Shown piece by piece: positions 34,801 through 45,178 of a stretch of 64,000 nucleotides of DNA (within the stretch, counting starts at the first letter, position 1; every line of letters starts with the position of its first letter). The DNA comes from an uncultured bacterium (GTDB lineage: Bacteria > Krumholzibacteriota > Krumholzibacteriia > LZORAL124-64-63). The stretch spans positions 288,001 through 352,000 of the forward strand of contig CAVSZB010000008.1 in NCBI GenBank assembly GCA_963732385.1. The letters are read 5' to 3'. The notes under the pieces were generated by a model. The model ran no database searches. It worked only from the letters and a program-made list of their open reading frames with translations, and was not told the origin of the DNA. A program made the translations under genes and the position numbers.

Positions 34801-35121
34801 ATGGACATTTACGTGGGCAACATGTCTTACACCACCACCGCCGAGACCCTTCGTGCGCTCTTCGAGGAGCATGGCACCGTCGCGTCCGCCAAGATCGTGC
34901 TCGATCGCGAGACGGGCCGCCCCCGCGGCTTCGGCTTCATCGAGATGCCGAATGACGACGAGGGCCGCGCGGCCATCGCCGCCATCGACGGCAAGGAGTT
35001 CGAGAGCCGCACGCTGAAGGTCAATCAGGCGCAGCCGAAGCAGGCCCGCGGCCCGATGGGCGGCGGCGGCGGTGGTGGTGGCGGCGGTTCGCGCCCCCCG
35101 CGTCGCAATAACAGCTGGTAG
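34801..35121 (+). CDS. RRM RNA-binding protein with Gly-rich tail
   Basis: IYVGNM (RNP2), RGFGFIEM (RNP1), LKVNQA; AGGAG RBS. Confidence 0.95.
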   Translation: MDIYVGNMSYTTTAETLRALFEEHGTVASAKIVLDRETGRPRGFGFIEMPNDDEGRAAIAAIDGKEFESRTLKVNQAQPKQARGPMGGGGGGGGGGSRPPRRNNSW

Positions 35122-35162
35122 TCCGAAGGCGGCTCGTGCGTTTGCAGGCGTGTATGAGCGGG

Positions 35163-35187
35163 GCCCCGGCCGTCAGGCCGGGGCTTC
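35163..35187 (+). terminator. Hairpin after the RRM gene
   Basis: GCCCCGGCC-GTCA-GGCCGGGGC followed by TTC. Confidence 0.5.
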
Positions 35188-35230
35188 GCGTATCCGGCGC
35201 CGGCACGCGTCGGCAGGAAGGAGGGCCGCG

Positions 35231-35743
35231 ATGCGCCGGACGGTGATCGGAGTGATGGGCGGCAGCGAGGCGGATGCCGCCACGCTCACCACGGCCCGCT
35301 TACTCGGCAGCCTGATCGCTCGCGAGGGGTGGGTGCTGCTCAACGGCGGTCGCGCCGGCGGCGTGATGGGGGCCTGTGCGCGTGGCGCGCGGGAGGCGGG
35401 CGGCCTGACCATCGGCGTCCTGTTCGACGACGATCGCGAGGCGGCTTCGCCCGACCTCGACCTGGTCATCCCGACCGGGCTGGGCTGCGCCCGCAACATC
35501 GTCAACGTGCTGGCCAGCGACGTCGTGATCGCCTGCCGTGGCAACGGCGGCACCCTCTCGGAGATTGCCCTGGCGCTGCGGGTGGAGCGGCCGGTCGTGC
35601 TGCTCGACTTCGACCCCGGACGCGTGTTTCTCGACCTGTGCGGCCCCCCCGGCGGTTCCGGCGGCCGTTGGCGCCATGCCGCCACGCCGGCCGAGGCGGT
35701 GGCCCACGCGCGCGAGATCCTGGCCGCCGTCGGTCGCGCCTGA
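35231..35743 (+). CDS. LOG family (TIGR00725-like) Rossmann protein
   Basis: IGVMGG, GG..GGVM, GGLTIGVL, ARN.VNV, GTLSEIA. Confidence 0.85.
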   Translation: MRRTVIGVMGGSEADAATLTTARLLGSLIAREGWVLLNGGRAGGVMGACARGAREAGGLTIGVLFDDDREAASPDLDLVIPTGLGCARNIVNVLASDVVIACRGNGGTLSEIALALRVERPVVLLDFDPGRVFLDLCGPPGGSGGRWRHAATPAEAVAHAREILAAVGRA

Positions 35744-35755
35744 AGGGAGACGACC

Positions 35756-36898
35756 GTGTCCGCTCCGATCTACCTCGACCACAATGCCAGCACGCCGCTC
35801 TGCGCCGCGGCGCGCGCGGCGATGCTGCCCCTGCTCGACGACGCCTTCGGCAACCCGTCGAGCGGGCACTGGGCCGGGCGACCGGCGCGCCTCGCCGTGG
35901 AGCGGGCGCGCGGCGAGGTGGCGGCGCTGCTGGGGGCGCAGCCGGACGAACTCATCTTCACCAGCGGCGGCAGCGAAGGAAACAACGCGGCGCTGGCCGG
36001 CGTCTGGCGGGCGCGCGGCGGCCCCGGCGGCCGCGTCATCATTTCCGCGGTGGAACATCCGGCGGTGGTGGAACCGTGCCGCCGGCTGGCGCGGGAGGGG
36101 GCGCGGGTGGTTGCGCTGCCGGTCGACGCGCGGGGGCTGGTCGATCCCGCCGACCTCGCGCGGGAACTGGCGCGCGGCGACGGAGAGGTGGCGCTGGTAT
36201 CGGTCATGCACGCCAACAACGAAACCGGCGCCCTGCAGCCGGTGGCCGAGCTGGCTCGCCTGGCGCATGCCGCCGGCGCGCTTTTCCACACGGACGCTGC
36301 GCAGAGTTGCGGCAAGGTGCCGGTCGAGGTCGACAGCCTCGGCGTGGATCTGCTGTCGCTGGCAGGGCACAAGCTGTACGGTCCGAAGGGGGTCGGCGCG
36401 CTGTACATTCGACGCTCCACGCCGTGGGCGCCGCTGATTCTCGGGGCGGCTCACGAAGGGGGCCGACGCGCCGGCACCGAGAGCGCGTTGTTGTGCGCCG
36501 GGCTGGGGGCGGCGGCGGTGGCCGCCGCGGCGGCGCTGCCGGAGCGGGAAGGGGTGCGGCGGTTGCGCGACGACCTCTGGGTGCGGTTGCGGACCGGCCT
36601 GGGCGCCGGCGTGGTTCTGCTCGGCCCGGAGGCGGAGCGGCTGCCCGGCACGCTCTACGTCGGTTTCCGGGGGCACGTCGGCGGGGATCTGCTGGCCCGC
36701 TGCCCCGACCTTGCCGCCTCCACCGGCGCTGCCTGCCACGACGGCGGCCGGGAGCTGTCGGCCACGCTGCGGGCGATGGGGGTCGCGCCGGAAATCGGCC
36801 TGGGGGCCGTGCGGCTTTCGCTGGGGCGCGACAACACCGCTGAAGAGGTGGCGCGGGCGGCCGAAATACTGATCGCGGCCGCCGGCGCGGGGGGTTGA
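35756..36898 (+). CDS. IscS/NifS-type cysteine desulfurase
   Basis: YLDHNAST, GNPSS, FTSGGSE, ANNETG, HTDAAQ, GHKLYGPKG, STGAACH. Confidence 0.92.
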   Translation: MSAPIYLDHNASTPLCAAARAAMLPLLDDAFGNPSSGHWAGRPARLAVERARGEVAALLGAQPDELIFTSGGSEGNNAALAGVWRARGGPGGRVIISAVEHPAVVEPCRRLAREGARVVALPVDARGLVDPADLARELARGDGEVALVSVMHANNETGALQPVAELARLAHAAGALFHTDAAQSCGKVPVEVDSLGVDLLSLAGHKLYGPKGVGALYIRRSTPWAPLILGAAHEGGRRAGTESALLCAGLGAAAVAAAAALPEREGVRRLRDDLWVRLRTGLGAGVVLLGPEAERLPGTLYVGFRGHVGGDLLARCPDLAASTGAACHDGGRELSATLRAMGVAPEIGLGAVRLSLGRDNTAEEVARAAEILIAAAGAGG

Positions 36899-36979
36899 GG
36901 CGCCCGGCCGGTTGCCGGCAGGTGGAGATCGTACCAGGTGCCGCGTTCCCTGGGAGGGGGACGGGAGGGAACCCCGACC

Positions 36980-39004
36980 ATGTGCGGAATCTGCGGTGCC
37001 TGCGCCCTGGACGGATCGCTCGTGGCGCCGCCCGGCGCGCCGGAGCGGATGATCGGCGCCCTGGCGCATCGCGGTCCGGACGAGTTCGGCGCCTGGCGCG
37101 ACGACACGGTCTTTCTCGGCCACGCCCGTCTGAGCATCATCGACCTCTCGACCGGTCAACAGCCGCTCACCAACGAGGACGGCTCGCTCTGGATCACCTT
37201 CAACGGCGAGATCTTCAACTACCCGGAACTGCGGGTCGAGCTGGAGGCGCGGGGCCACCGCTTCCGCACCCGTTCCGACACCGAGACCATCGTGCATGCT
37301 TACGAACAGTGGGGCGAGGCGTGCGTGGATCGTTTCAACGGGCAGTGGGCGTTCGCGATCTGGGACACCCGCCGCCGCTGTCTCCTGCTCGCGCGCGACC
37401 GTTACGGCGTGCGCCCGCTCTACTGGGCGCGCCACGGCGACCTCCTGCTGTTCGGCTCCGAGATCAAGACGCTGCTGGCGTGGCCCGGCTTCCGGGCTCC
37501 GGTCGACCCGGCGGCGGTGGCCGAGGTCTTCACCACCTGGGTGAACGTGCCGCCCGCCACCCCGTTCAGCGGCGTGAACCAGTTGCCGCCTGGACACACC
37601 GCGCTGCTCGACCTGTCGCGGCCGGTCGCCGCCGGAGACGCTGCGCTGCAGCCGCGCCGCTACTGGCATCCCTCCTTCCTGCCGGCGACGGAGGATCACC
37701 GTTTCGTGTCGCGCGCAGAACGGCGGCAGATGGCGGACCGGGTGCGCGAGGCGCTGGTCAACGCGGTGACGATCCGGCTGCGCGCCGACGTGCCGGTGGG
37801 GGCCTACCTGTCGGGCGGTCTCGACTCGTCGGCCACGGCCGCCCTCGTGCGCCACTACACATCGCACTATCTGCGCACCTTCTCCGTCGGGTTCGAAGAT
37901 CCCGCTTATGACGAAACGGTCTGGCAGCAGGAGATGGCGCAGCGTCTCGGCACCGAGCACACGGCGATCCGCGTCGGCGCCGCGGCGATCGCCGGCGCCT
38001 TCCCCGACGTCATCTGGCACGCCGAAACACCGCTCCTGCGCACCGCTCCTTCGCCGCTCTACGCGCTGTCCGGGCTGGTGCGGAGCGAGCAGTACAAAGT
38101 GGTGCTCACGGGGGAGGGGGCCGACGAGGTGTTCGTCGGCTACGACATCCATCGCGAGGCAAAGGTCCGCGCCTTCTGGGCGCGTCGCCCGTCGGACCGG
38201 CGGCGTTCGCTGCTGCTGACCCGGCTCTACCCCTATCTGGCACAGTCGCCGCCCGATTTCCTGGCCGGGTTCTACGGCGTGGGGCTCGACGGGGTCGACG
38301 CAGATCCCTTCTTCGCGCACCGTCCCCGCTGGAACAACGGTCAGAAGACGCTGGCCTTCTTTCGCCCGGAGGTGCTCGAGGGTCTGGCGGCGGCCGATCC
38401 GGAAGGCCGTCTGCAGGCGACGTTGCCGGCGGAGTTCTCCGGCTGGGGTCCGGTGGCCCGGTGCCAGTATCTGGAGATGACGACCTTCCTGTCCGGCTAT
38501 CTCCTTTCTTCGCAGGGAGACAGGATGCTCATGGGGCACTCCGTGGAGGGGCGGTTCCCATTCCTGGACCGGGACGTGGGGGCCCTGGCGGCCTCCCTGC
38601 CGGTCTCGGTCAAGCTCGAGTCGCTGAAAGAAAAGTCGATTCTCAAGCAGAGTGTGGCGGATCTGCTGCCAGCCGGTATTCTGGGGCGGCCCAAACAGCC
38701 GTACCGGGCGCCCGACAGCGCAGCCTTCCGCGACGGCGGGCAGGCCGACCTGGTCGGGGAGCTGCTGACGCCGGAGGCGCTGGCGGCCACCGGATTCTGG
38801 TTGCCGGAGCGGGTGGCGGCGCTGCTGCGCAAGTGGCGGGCCGGTCCCCTGACGAGCGCACGCGAGAACATGGCCTTCATCGGCATCCTGAGCGCTCAGA
38901 TCCTGGCCCGGCAGTTCGGACCGGAACTGGAGGAGCGCCTGGCGAGCACGGCCCTCGCTCCGGAGCGGTTGGTCTGGCGATCGCGGTCCGCGCCGCTGGT
39001 CTGA
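36980..39004 (+). CDS. asnB: Asparagine synthase-type glutamine amidotransferase
   Basis: MCGICG, HRGPD, RLSIID, FNGEIFN, LSGGLDSS, GEGADE, VEGRFPFLD. Confidence 0.93.
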   Translation: MCGICGACALDGSLVAPPGAPERMIGALAHRGPDEFGAWRDDTVFLGHARLSIIDLSTGQQPLTNEDGSLWITFNGEIFNYPELRVELEARGHRFRTRSDTETIVHAYEQWGEACVDRFNGQWAFAIWDTRRRCLLLARDRYGVRPLYWARHGDLLLFGSEIKTLLAWPGFRAPVDPAAVAEVFTTWVNVPPATPFSGVNQLPPGHTALLDLSRPVAAGDAALQPRRYWHPSFLPATEDHRFVSRAERRQMADRVREALVNAVTIRLRADVPVGAYLSGGLDSSATAALVRHYTSHYLRTFSVGFEDPAYDETVWQQEMAQRLGTEHTAIRVGAAAIAGAFPDVIWHAETPLLRTAPSPLYALSGLVRSEQYKVVLTGEGADEVFVGYDIHREAKVRAFWARRPSDRRRSLLLTRLYPYLAQSPPDFLAGFYGVGLDGVDADPFFAHRPRWNNGQKTLAFFRPEVLEGLAAADPEGRLQATLPAEFSGWGPVARCQYLEMTTFLSGYLLSSQGDRMLMGHSVEGRFPFLDRDVGALAASLPVSVKLESLKEKSILKQSVADLLPAGILGRPKQPYRAPDSAAFRDGGQADLVGELLTPEALAATGFWLPERVAALLRKWRAGPLTSARENMAFIGILSAQILARQFGPELEERLASTALAPERLVWRSRSAPLV

Positions 39005-39048
39005 CGCCGCGTGCATGGACGCTGACAAGACTCAGAGAGGATGACAGG

Positions 39049-39300
39049 ATGCAATTACGGGAGCAGATCCGGGGTTTCATCATCGAAAACTTTCTCTTCG
39101 GTGACGCTGAACCGCTGACCGACGACGCCGTCTCGCTGCTCGACAACGGCATCGTCGACTCGGTCGGCGTCATGGAGATGGTCGCCTGGCTGGAGCAGAA
39201 CCACGGTCTGAAGGTCGAGGACCAGGAACTCGTGCCGGAGAACTTCGACTCGGTGGAGCGGCTGGTCAGCTTCGTGGAGCGCAAGCAGGGGAGCCGCTGA
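39049..39300 (+). CDS. Acyl/aminoacyl carrier protein
   Basis: 83 aa, acidic; GIVDSVG phosphopantetheine Ser; PENFDSV. Confidence 0.9.
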   Translation: MQLREQIRGFIIENFLFGDAEPLTDDAVSLLDNGIVDSVGVMEMVAWLEQNHGLKVEDQELVPENFDSVERLVSFVERKQGSR

Positions 39301-39301
39301 A

Positions 39302-40831
39302 GTGCTGGTCCATCGGATGCTCGAGGCGAGCGCCGACCGCACGCCCGACGCGATCCTGCTTGCCCACGGTCCCGAACGTTTCACCTACGCCGACGCCGAG
39401 TCGCGCGCCAACCGCCTCGCGGCCCTGCTCGCCGCGCAGGGCGTGGCGCGGGGCGACCGCGTGGGGCTGCTGGCCGAGAACGGGATCGAGTACCTCGCCG
39501 GCTTCTTCGGCATCCTCAAGGCGGGCGGCTGCGTGGTGGCGCTCAACAGCGCCAACAAGCCGCACACCTCCGGGCAGCTGCTGGCTGACTCCGGCGCCGT
39601 CGGGCTGGTCACGCGCGTGGCGCAGGCGCGCCGCGAACTGCCCGAGATCATCGCCGACTGTTCGGCGCTGCGCTGCGTCGTGACCGACCAGACGGCTCCG
39701 CACTGGGCGCTGCCGGCCGGCGTCGCCGTGCTGACGTCGTCCGATGTCGCGGCGCGTCCCGCCGCGCGTCCCGCCGTCGCGCTCGAGCCGGCGGATCTGG
39801 CGGCCATCCTTTACACCAGCGGTTCCACCGGCGTGCCGCGCGGCGCCACGCTGACGCACGGCAACCTCTGCGCCAACACGCGCCAGATCCTCGACTACCT
39901 GCACCTGACCGCCGACGACAGCGTGCTCGTCGTGCTGCCGTTCCACTACTCGTTCGGCAAGTCGCTGCTGCTGACCCACGTGAAAGTAGGCGGCCGGCTC
40001 GTGGTGGACAATCGCTTCGCCTACCCGCAGGTGATCGTCGAGACGCTCGCGGCGGAGCGCTGCACCGGCTTTTCCGGCGTGCCGTCGACCTACGCGATCC
40101 TCGGCAGCAAGACCGATTTCCTCGCGCGTGAACATCCGCATTTGCGCTACATCACTCAGGCCGGCGGCGCCATGGCGCCGGCCCTCGTGCGCCGCATCCG
40201 CGAGGCGCTGCCGGCGCGCATCGATGTCTTCGTCATGTACGGCCAGACCGAGGCGTGCGCACGGCTGTCGTATCTGCCGCCCGCCCGCCTGCTCGAGAAG
40301 CTCGGCGCGATCGGGATCGGCATCCCGGGCGTGTCGCTGACCGTGCGGCGAGAGGACGGCAGCGAGTGCGACACGGACGAGGTGGGGGAGATCACGGCCT
40401 CCGGCGACAACATCATGCGCGGCTATTGGCACGATCCGGAGGAGACCGCGAAGGTGCTCAGGCAGGGACGCCTGCACACCGGCGACCTCGGTCGCCGCGA
40501 TGCCGACGGCTTCATCTTCGTTGTCGACCGCCTCAAGAACATGATCAAGAGCGGCGCGCACCGCGTCAGCAGCAAGGAGATCGAGGAGACGATCCTCGAA
40601 CTGCCGGGCGTGGTCGAGGCCTGCGCGATCGGCGTGCCGGACGACCTGCTTGGCGAGGCGATCGAGGTCTACATCGTGCGCCGGGACGACGACGCCGTCG
40701 ATGCGCCGGCGATCCTGCGCCACTGCCACGCGAAGCTGGCGAAGTTCAAGCTTCCGCGCGCCGTTCACTTCATCGCCACGCTGCCCAAGAACTCGTTCGG
40801 CAAGGTGATCAAGAACGAACTGAAGGGGTAA
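39302..40831 (+). CDS. AMP-forming acyl-CoA/ACP ligase (ANL superfamily)
   Basis: YTSGSTG.P, YGQTE, TGDL, R.KNMIKSG, LPKN..GK. Confidence 0.92.
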   Translation: MLVHRMLEASADRTPDAILLAHGPERFTYADAESRANRLAALLAAQGVARGDRVGLLAENGIEYLAGFFGILKAGGCVVALNSANKPHTSGQLLADSGAVGLVTRVAQARRELPEIIADCSALRCVVTDQTAPHWALPAGVAVLTSSDVAARPAARPAVALEPADLAAILYTSGSTGVPRGATLTHGNLCANTRQILDYLHLTADDSVLVVLPFHYSFGKSLLLTHVKVGGRLVVDNRFAYPQVIVETLAAERCTGFSGVPSTYAILGSKTDFLAREHPHLRYITQAGGAMAPALVRRIREALPARIDVFVMYGQTEACARLSYLPPARLLEKLGAIGIGIPGVSLTVRREDGSECDTDEVGEITASGDNIMRGYWHDPEETAKVLRQGRLHTGDLGRRDADGFIFVVDRLKNMIKSGAHRVSSKEIEETILELPGVVEACAIGVPDDLLGEAIEVYIVRRDDDAVDAPAILRHCHAKLAKFKLPRAVHFIATLPKNSFGKVIKNELKG

Positions 40832-41234
40832 CGGCTTCCGCACGCGGCGTCCGTCAGGACGGCTCGACCGCCGATGCGCGTCTCTTGTTTTTGACTTATA
40901 ATCGGAACTGGCAGGAGGTCGGCGTGACCGAGACGGGACGCCGGCCCGGGGTCATAGTCGTGCCTGCTGACCAGTTGCGAACCGAGTGAGGACGTGCAGC
41001 AGGGCCTCGTGAGGGAGTATTGGCTGCCCGTGACTGGGGTGCCGGAGCAGGGGGGCGCGGGGTGTGTGTAGGGGTGTGGCGGCGCGTACGTGCAGCGGTT
41101 GCTACGGAGGCAAAAAGTGTGCGGGGGGAGGGTGGGGCCGCGCGGCGCTTCCCTCGGGAATTGCGGCGACGATGCGCGATGGGTTGCTCCATTCACGGTC
41201 CTCGTCCCGCGGTCCTGGGGATCCGGCGCCCGAA

Positions 41235-41700
41235 CTGGAGGAGGTTATCGAGGCGTCATCGCGAGCGGCCGCCGACCGCTGTTTGTGCCTCGTGGTCGTG
41301 CTCGACGAAGTTCAACGCATCTTCGACTACGAGAGCGACCTCGGGGAGACGTTTCCATATCGAGTTGCATTGCATCCCCAACCCGAAGCGTCCCCCACAA
41401 CAGGACGTCAAAGCGCTCCGACTTGCGCCGGCGCAAATTGCTTCTCGCCGCGGCAGGTCGTGACCGCGGCGCACTCACAATCGGGACATTGCCGGGCGAC
41501 GATCCGGGCCTTCGGCTCGGTCGGTCGGGCGTGTCCGCCCGCGGCGGAGGCGATGACAGCCTCGAGTCCGGCCAGCACCAGGTCGAGCCTGTCGGCGCCA
41601 GGCCCGGCTTGTGCGCTTTCTCGACCAGCGCCTCGAATCGCGTCAGTCGGACGCCATCGGCCTGCAGGCTGATGGTGGTCGGCGGGACGGCGACGGGTTG
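41235..41700 (-). pseudogene. Probable decayed HNH endonuclease gene
   Basis: Frameshifted fragments RFEALVEKAH / DLVLAGLE..RIVARQCPDC..VTTCRGEK / GCNATRY / FVEHDH...GG.S.*RLDNL. Confidence 0.4.
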
Positions 41701-41727
41701 CGCGGGGATGCCGTAGGCCAATCTGAC

Positions 41728-41787
41728 ATGAGCGGGCTGATCAACAACCGCGAGCAACGGATCCGCCATCTGAAAGAGATCATCCTC
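41728..41787 (+). pseudogene. Possible N-terminal remnant of a DUF438-type gene
   Basis: MSGLINNREQRIRHLKEIIL recalls the MSELINNRE..LKEII start of DUF438 proteins; similarity ends at the adjacent hairpin. Confidence 0.35.
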
Positions 41788-41828
41788 GCCGAGTTCCGCG
41801 CCGGCTGTCAGGCGGAACGGCCGGCGCG

Positions 41829-43740
<1,912 letters not shown>

Positions 43741-43744
<4 letters not shown>

Positions 43745-44220
43745 AGCTCCACCTCCTCGCCCTGCGACCGCACCGTCACCTTGCCGGTATCGATGTGGAG
43801 CCGCGCCGTGCGCGACTTGGAACCGCCGACGTCCTCCGCGGCGATGATCACGCCGTTTTTCCAGAACAGTTTGCGCAGCACCGTGTAGTTGCGCTGTCCG
43901 ATGTTGAACATCCCCTTGTCGTCGTAGAGGGCGCCGCCGCCGGTCACCTTGACCACGAGCGACTTCTTGTCGCAGCCGTGGCTGTACATCGCCTCGAAGA
44001 GCATCGGGATGCCGGTGTCGGCGAACATCGCCGGACGGTCCCTGGCCTTCTCCGGCGAGGTCTCCGAGAGCGGCAGCATGTAGTGGATCATGCCGCCGAC
44101 GCGGCGGGCCGGATCGTACAGCATCACCGCGATGCAGGAGCCGAGCGCGTAGGTGACCAGGACGGTTTCGGGATCGTCGCTGACCTGGGCATCGGCGATG
44201 TCTACGGTCAGGTTTGTCAC
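43741..44220 (-). CDS. cheD: Chemoreceptor glutamine deamidase
   Basis: TYALGSC, GG.IH.MLP, FADT, IG.RN, EDVGG..SR; GTGA overlap with the cheR stop. Confidence 0.93.
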
Positions 44221-45083
44221 CTGCAGCTCCCGCAAGTCTCCGGCGCGGTGGCCGTCGCGCCGACTGTTGTGTGCGAATCCGGGCGCCGGTACACCGAAGG
44301 CTTCTGGGCGACGAGGCCCGTGCGCAGCCCGGTGAGCGTTTCCGCGTGGCCGATCATGAGCGGATCACCCGGGCCGAGCAGGCGTTCGATTTCACGCACC
44401 AGGCGCTCCCGCACCGGCGCGTCGAAGTAGATCATCACGTTGCGGCAGAACACCGCGTCGAAGGGACCCTTCATCGGGAAGGGGGGTTGCGAGAGATTGA
44501 GCCGCTGGAACACGAGCAGCCGGCGCACCTCGGGCCGGACGACCCAGGTTTCCCGGCCCGGAGCGCCGGGCTGGCGCTCGAAATATTTGGCGCGCTGGGC
44601 CCGCGTCAGTTTCTCGATCCGCTCCGTTTCGTACACCCCGGCGCGGGCCGTCTCCAGGACCCGCGTGGAGATGTCCGTGGCCAGGATGCGCACCGTCGTG
44701 GAGGTGCCCTCGAGCGCATCGAGCGCGGTGATCGCGAGGGAATACGGCTCCTCGCCCGTCGAACTGGCCGCCGACCAGATGCGCAGTTCGCGCCGTCCCT
44801 CGTCCGCACGCGCCCGCAGATGGGCGGCGAGCAGGTCGAAGTGGTCGGGTTCGCGCAGGAAACTGGTGAAATTCGTGGAGATGACGTCGAGGAACTGGAC
44901 CAGCTCCTCGCCGGAAGTGTCGGCCAGCAGGTATTCGAGGTACTCCCTGTCGCCCGCCAGCCCGAGTGCCCGGATCCGTTTGGCGATGCGCGCGCTCACC
45001 AGCGAGGCCTTGCCCTCGCTCAGGCGGATCCCGGCGCGCTCGTAGGTGATGTCGGCGAACTGGCGGAACATCTGGGCGTTCAT
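44217..45083 (-). CDS. cheR: Chemotaxis methyltransferase
   Basis: TN.TSF.RE..HF, WSAASSTGEEPYS, ATDIS, FCRNVMIYF, GHAE. Confidence 0.96.
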   Translation of the reverse strand: MNAQMFRQFADITYERAGIRLSEGKASLVSARIAKRIRALGLAGDREYLEYLLADTSGEELVQFLDVISTNFTSFLREPDHFDLLAAHLRARADEGRRELRIWSAASSTGEEPYSLAITALDALEGTSTTVRILATDISTRVLETARAGVYETERIEKLTRAQRAKYFERQPGAPGRETWVVRPEVRRLLVFQRLNLSQPPFPMKGPFDAVFCRNVMIYFDAPVRERLVREIERLLGPGDPLMIGHAETLTGLRTGLVAQKPSVYRRPDSHTTVGATATAPETCGSCR

Positions 45084-45178
45084 TCGCTTGCTCTCCGCTC
45101 ACTGGCGCGACCGGTGTGGTTGCCGGGGCGGGGCGTCCGGGATGACGCCCCGCCCGACCACAGGCCCGGAACGCCGGG

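Noticed and set aside
35059..35087. (GGC/GGT)n microsatellite
   Set aside because: It simply encodes the poly-Gly tail of the RRM protein
35756..36898. Selenocysteine lyase linked to the selenoprotein
   Set aside because: About 10 kb away, and I cannot distinguish it from an ordinary IscS-type enzyme by eye
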